Source of the DNA: Chloroflexota bacterium | GTDB lineage: Bacteria > Chloroflexota > Dehalococcoidia > DSTF01 > JACRBR01 | Length of the DNA stretch: 46,656 nucleotides | Direction: 5' to 3' | Assembly: GCA_016213125.1 (NCBI GenBank) | Contig: JACRBR010000202.1 | Span: 1 to 46,656 of the forward strand | Shown here: positions 44,153-46,656 of the stretch, one piece after another | How the letters are laid out: each line of letters opens with the position of its first letter | Position numbering within the stretch: position 1 is the first letter of the stretch | Translations under genes and position numbers: made by a program | The notes under the pieces: model-generated | The model's database searches: none | What the model saw: only the letters and a program-made list of their open reading frames with translations | Told to the model about the DNA's origin: nothing

Positions 44153-45172
44153 CTAGTCGTTTCCGGCTCTTTTGTAGTATTGCACGCCGTCCTGAACGAA
44201 CTTGTGGAGGCGTCCCTCGAGAACCAGGTAGTCGAGGTGCGCGAGTGTCTCGCCCAGCGCCGCCCGCTGCATCCACGGTGAGAAGCTGTCCAGTGTGCCC
44301 GTCACCCACTTCACGCCGCGCGCCACTTCGAAGGCGGTCCTGGCGCTTCGTCCGACGACGGTCATCATCTCCTCAAGACGCTCATCGTGGTGCTTCTCGA
44401 TCGCGCGCAGGCGTCCGGCGAGGTCCGTGAAGCTGTACTCGTGCGCTGGCAGCACCTGCTCGACGTCCAGCTCTTCAAGACGGCGAAGCGAGGCGATGTA
44501 GTCGCCGAGCGGGTTTCCTTGCTGTTGCGGGTGCAGGCTGATGTTCGGCGTGATCGTCGGCAGTACGTGGTCGCCGGTGAGGATGAACTTCTTCTCGCGC
44601 TCTAGGAAACAGATATGACCGGGCGAGTGTCCCGGCGTCCACCAAACTTCGAACTCGAACCGCCCGATGGGGAGCCGTTCGCCTCCCCAGACCACTTCGT
44701 CCGGGTCGACCGGGTCCACGAAGGCGCGCACGGGCATCGCCGACGTCTTCAGATCGTCGCGGTTCTCCTTCGGCACGCCGTGCGTGGTGAGCCACTCGCC
44801 CATCGTCGCCAGCAGCTGATCAGGGTTGCGGTATCGCGAGCGGATGAGGTCGCGTTCGCGCTGGTGAATCACAACGGTCGCGCCGCTGCGCTCCTTCACC
44901 TGACCGGCGAGGCCATAGTGGTCCGGGTGGATATGCGTCACCAGTAGCGTCTTGAGCTTCGCGAAGCCCACGCCGGCATCGTTTAACTGCTGCTCCAGCG
45001 AGTCGAACGCCTCCGGCACGTTCCAACCGGAGTCCACGAGCGTCCACCCATCGCGTCCCTCGATGAGGTAAGGGAGCACCCAGCCCAGGGGGTTATTCGG
45101 GATGGGGACGCGGAGCTGGTACAGCCCGTCCATGACCTGGAGCGGGTACTTCGTCTCGACGGGTGCGGTCAT
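44153..45172 (-). CDS. MBL-fold metallo-hydrolase
   Basis: HxHxDH motif in LLVTHIHPDHYGLAG. Further His/Asp ligands (TPGHSPGH, LTGDHV). Preferred ATG 45172 behind ggaggg. Confidence 0.85.
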   Translation of the reverse strand: MTAPVETKYPLQVMDGLYQLRVPIPNNPLGWVLPYLIEGRDGWTLVDSGWNVPEAFDSLEQQLNDAGVGFAKLKTLLVTHIHPDHYGLAGQVKERSGATVVIHQRERDLIRSRYRNPDQLLATMGEWLTTHGVPKENRDDLKTSAMPVRAFVDPVDPDEVVWGGERLPIGRFEFEVWWTPGHSPGHICFLEREKKFILTGDHVLPTITPNISLHPQQQGNPLGDYIASLRRLEELDVEQVLPAHEYSFTDLAGRLRAIEKHHDERLEEMMTVVGRSARTAFEVARGVKWVTGTLDSFSPWMQRAALGETLAHLDYLVLEGRLHKFVQDGVQYYKRAGND

Positions 45173-45332
45173 CGCTTCCCTCCGTTCGGGGCGAGGTCGA
45201 TGCTGCGTGCTCGAGGGCAGGGTACCGCGATCAGGCGCAACGCCGTAGGGCCACACGTAACTGCGTGCCGGGGTCCGAAGCTGCTTCGCGAAGCTCTCTC
45301 AGTGAGTCAGAGAGCATGGGGGGTGCCAGGCG

Positions 45333-45905
45333 CTACGACTTCCAGCTCCCGCTCCACCCGGAGTTCCCCTGTTCGCCAGGCGCATCCGCAGGCGCGTCCG
45401 AAGTCCAGCCGCTGCCCTCCGCCGGCGGCGGTTCTTCGGAGGCCGGATGTGCCGACTCCAACGAGATGTTCGCCTCGTTGATCTGGCGCTCGGCCGCCAG
45501 CAGCGCGTCGTAGTGCGGCACCAGGGGCTGGAGCTGGGCGATCAGACCTTCGATGCGCACCTTATCCGCTTCCAGATTCGCCAGGGTGATCTTCACCTGT
45601 TGCGTCCGCTGCTCCAGTTGCGAAAGAAACTCGTCGCTCACGTCATCCTCCCGGCCACGCTCATCGCCCTCTACGCTGCGGTTCTCAAGATGCCGCCTGC
45701 GTGGTGCTTGTTCAAGGGGATGATCGGCAGGATCAGCCGGTTCCGGCAGAGAATTAACATCTCCGTGTCCCTTCTGTGCAGCATCTTCGTCGATGTTGTT
45801 GCGGCTGGGCATCAAACAGGAGAAGAGCAGGAACGACCAGAAGTCCGACAGCAGCGATAGGATCGCGCCTGTCAGCGACCAGCCGTCGTCATCGCGTTCG
45901 GGCAT
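45333..45905 (-). CDS. Hypothetical membrane-anchored coiled-coil protein
   Basis: Preferred ATG 45905 behind gagagg. One N-terminal TM (LTGAILSLLSDFWSFLLFSCL), an acidic linker, then a heptad-like segment LSQLEQRTQQVKITLANLEADKVRIEGLIAQLQ. I recognise no family. Confidence 0.5.
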   Translation of the reverse strand: MPERDDDGWSLTGAILSLLSDFWSFLLFSCLMPSRNNIDEDAAQKGHGDVNSLPEPADPADHPLEQAPRRRHLENRSVEGDERGREDDVSDEFLSQLEQRTQQVKITLANLEADKVRIEGLIAQLQPLVPHYDALLAAERQINEANISLESAHPASEEPPPAEGSGWTSDAPADAPGEQGNSGWSGSWKS

Positions 45906-45987
45906 ACCCGTACCTCTCGCGGGATCGGCAAGGGCGAGACCGTTGCCTCGCCCTCTTGACACAACAACTACAGATCTGCGTCTGCCA

Positions 45988-46656
<669 letters not shown>

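Overview
High-GC (roughly two-thirds G+C by eye) bacterial chromosomal segment with about 40 tightly packed protein-coding genes. Several pairs have start/stop overlaps: ATGA or GTGA at 9499, 11975, 27046, 29094, 36388 and 39049. I recognised no rRNA, tRNA, CRISPR array, transposase, integrase or phage genes. Gene content, left to right:
- two convergent MFS transporters
- a large secreted thrombospondin-type-3/dockerin-like Ca-binding protein
- a split APH-kinase + acyl-CoA dehydrogenase pair, separated by a repeat-rich spacer
- an inositol-lipid locus (8.3-17.1 kb): PimA-like GT4 coupled to a PHP phosphoesterase, two tandem PatA/HtrB-type acyltransferases, and a myo-inositol-1-phosphate synthase carrying an N-terminal Cro/YdaS-like extension. 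A DinB / PIG-L deacetylase / PLP-decarboxylase trio is interleaved in this locus.
- SDR, alpha/beta hydrolase and family III CoA-transferase genes
- a 13-kb envelope glycosylation island (20.5-33.5 kb)
- an S8 protease with three tandem Ig-like repeats
- a TetR + long HlyD-like adaptor + MacB-like ABC exporter operon
- PfkB kinase, PcrA/UvrD helicase, Ogt, an MBL hydrolase, a hypothetical coiled-coil membrane protein, and a truncated GDP-mannose 4,6-dehydratase

The most interesting candidate system is the minus-strand operon at 25575->20504. It starts with a strongly translated Thr/Pro-rich mini-protein that has a signal peptide and an LPXTG-like C-terminal sorting signal. A hairpin follows, then a PMT/ArnT-like GT-C, a GtrB/Ppm-like GT2 and a truncated UGDH-like dehydrogenase. 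I read this as a possible self-contained protein O-glycosylation module encoded together with its own substrate (inference).

Taxonomy cannot be assigned without a search. The gene content suggests a high-GC monoderm lineage such as Chloroflexota/Thermomicrobia or Actinomycetota (inference). Many very long antisense 'shadow' ORFs, up to 1400 aa, are present and were rejected.
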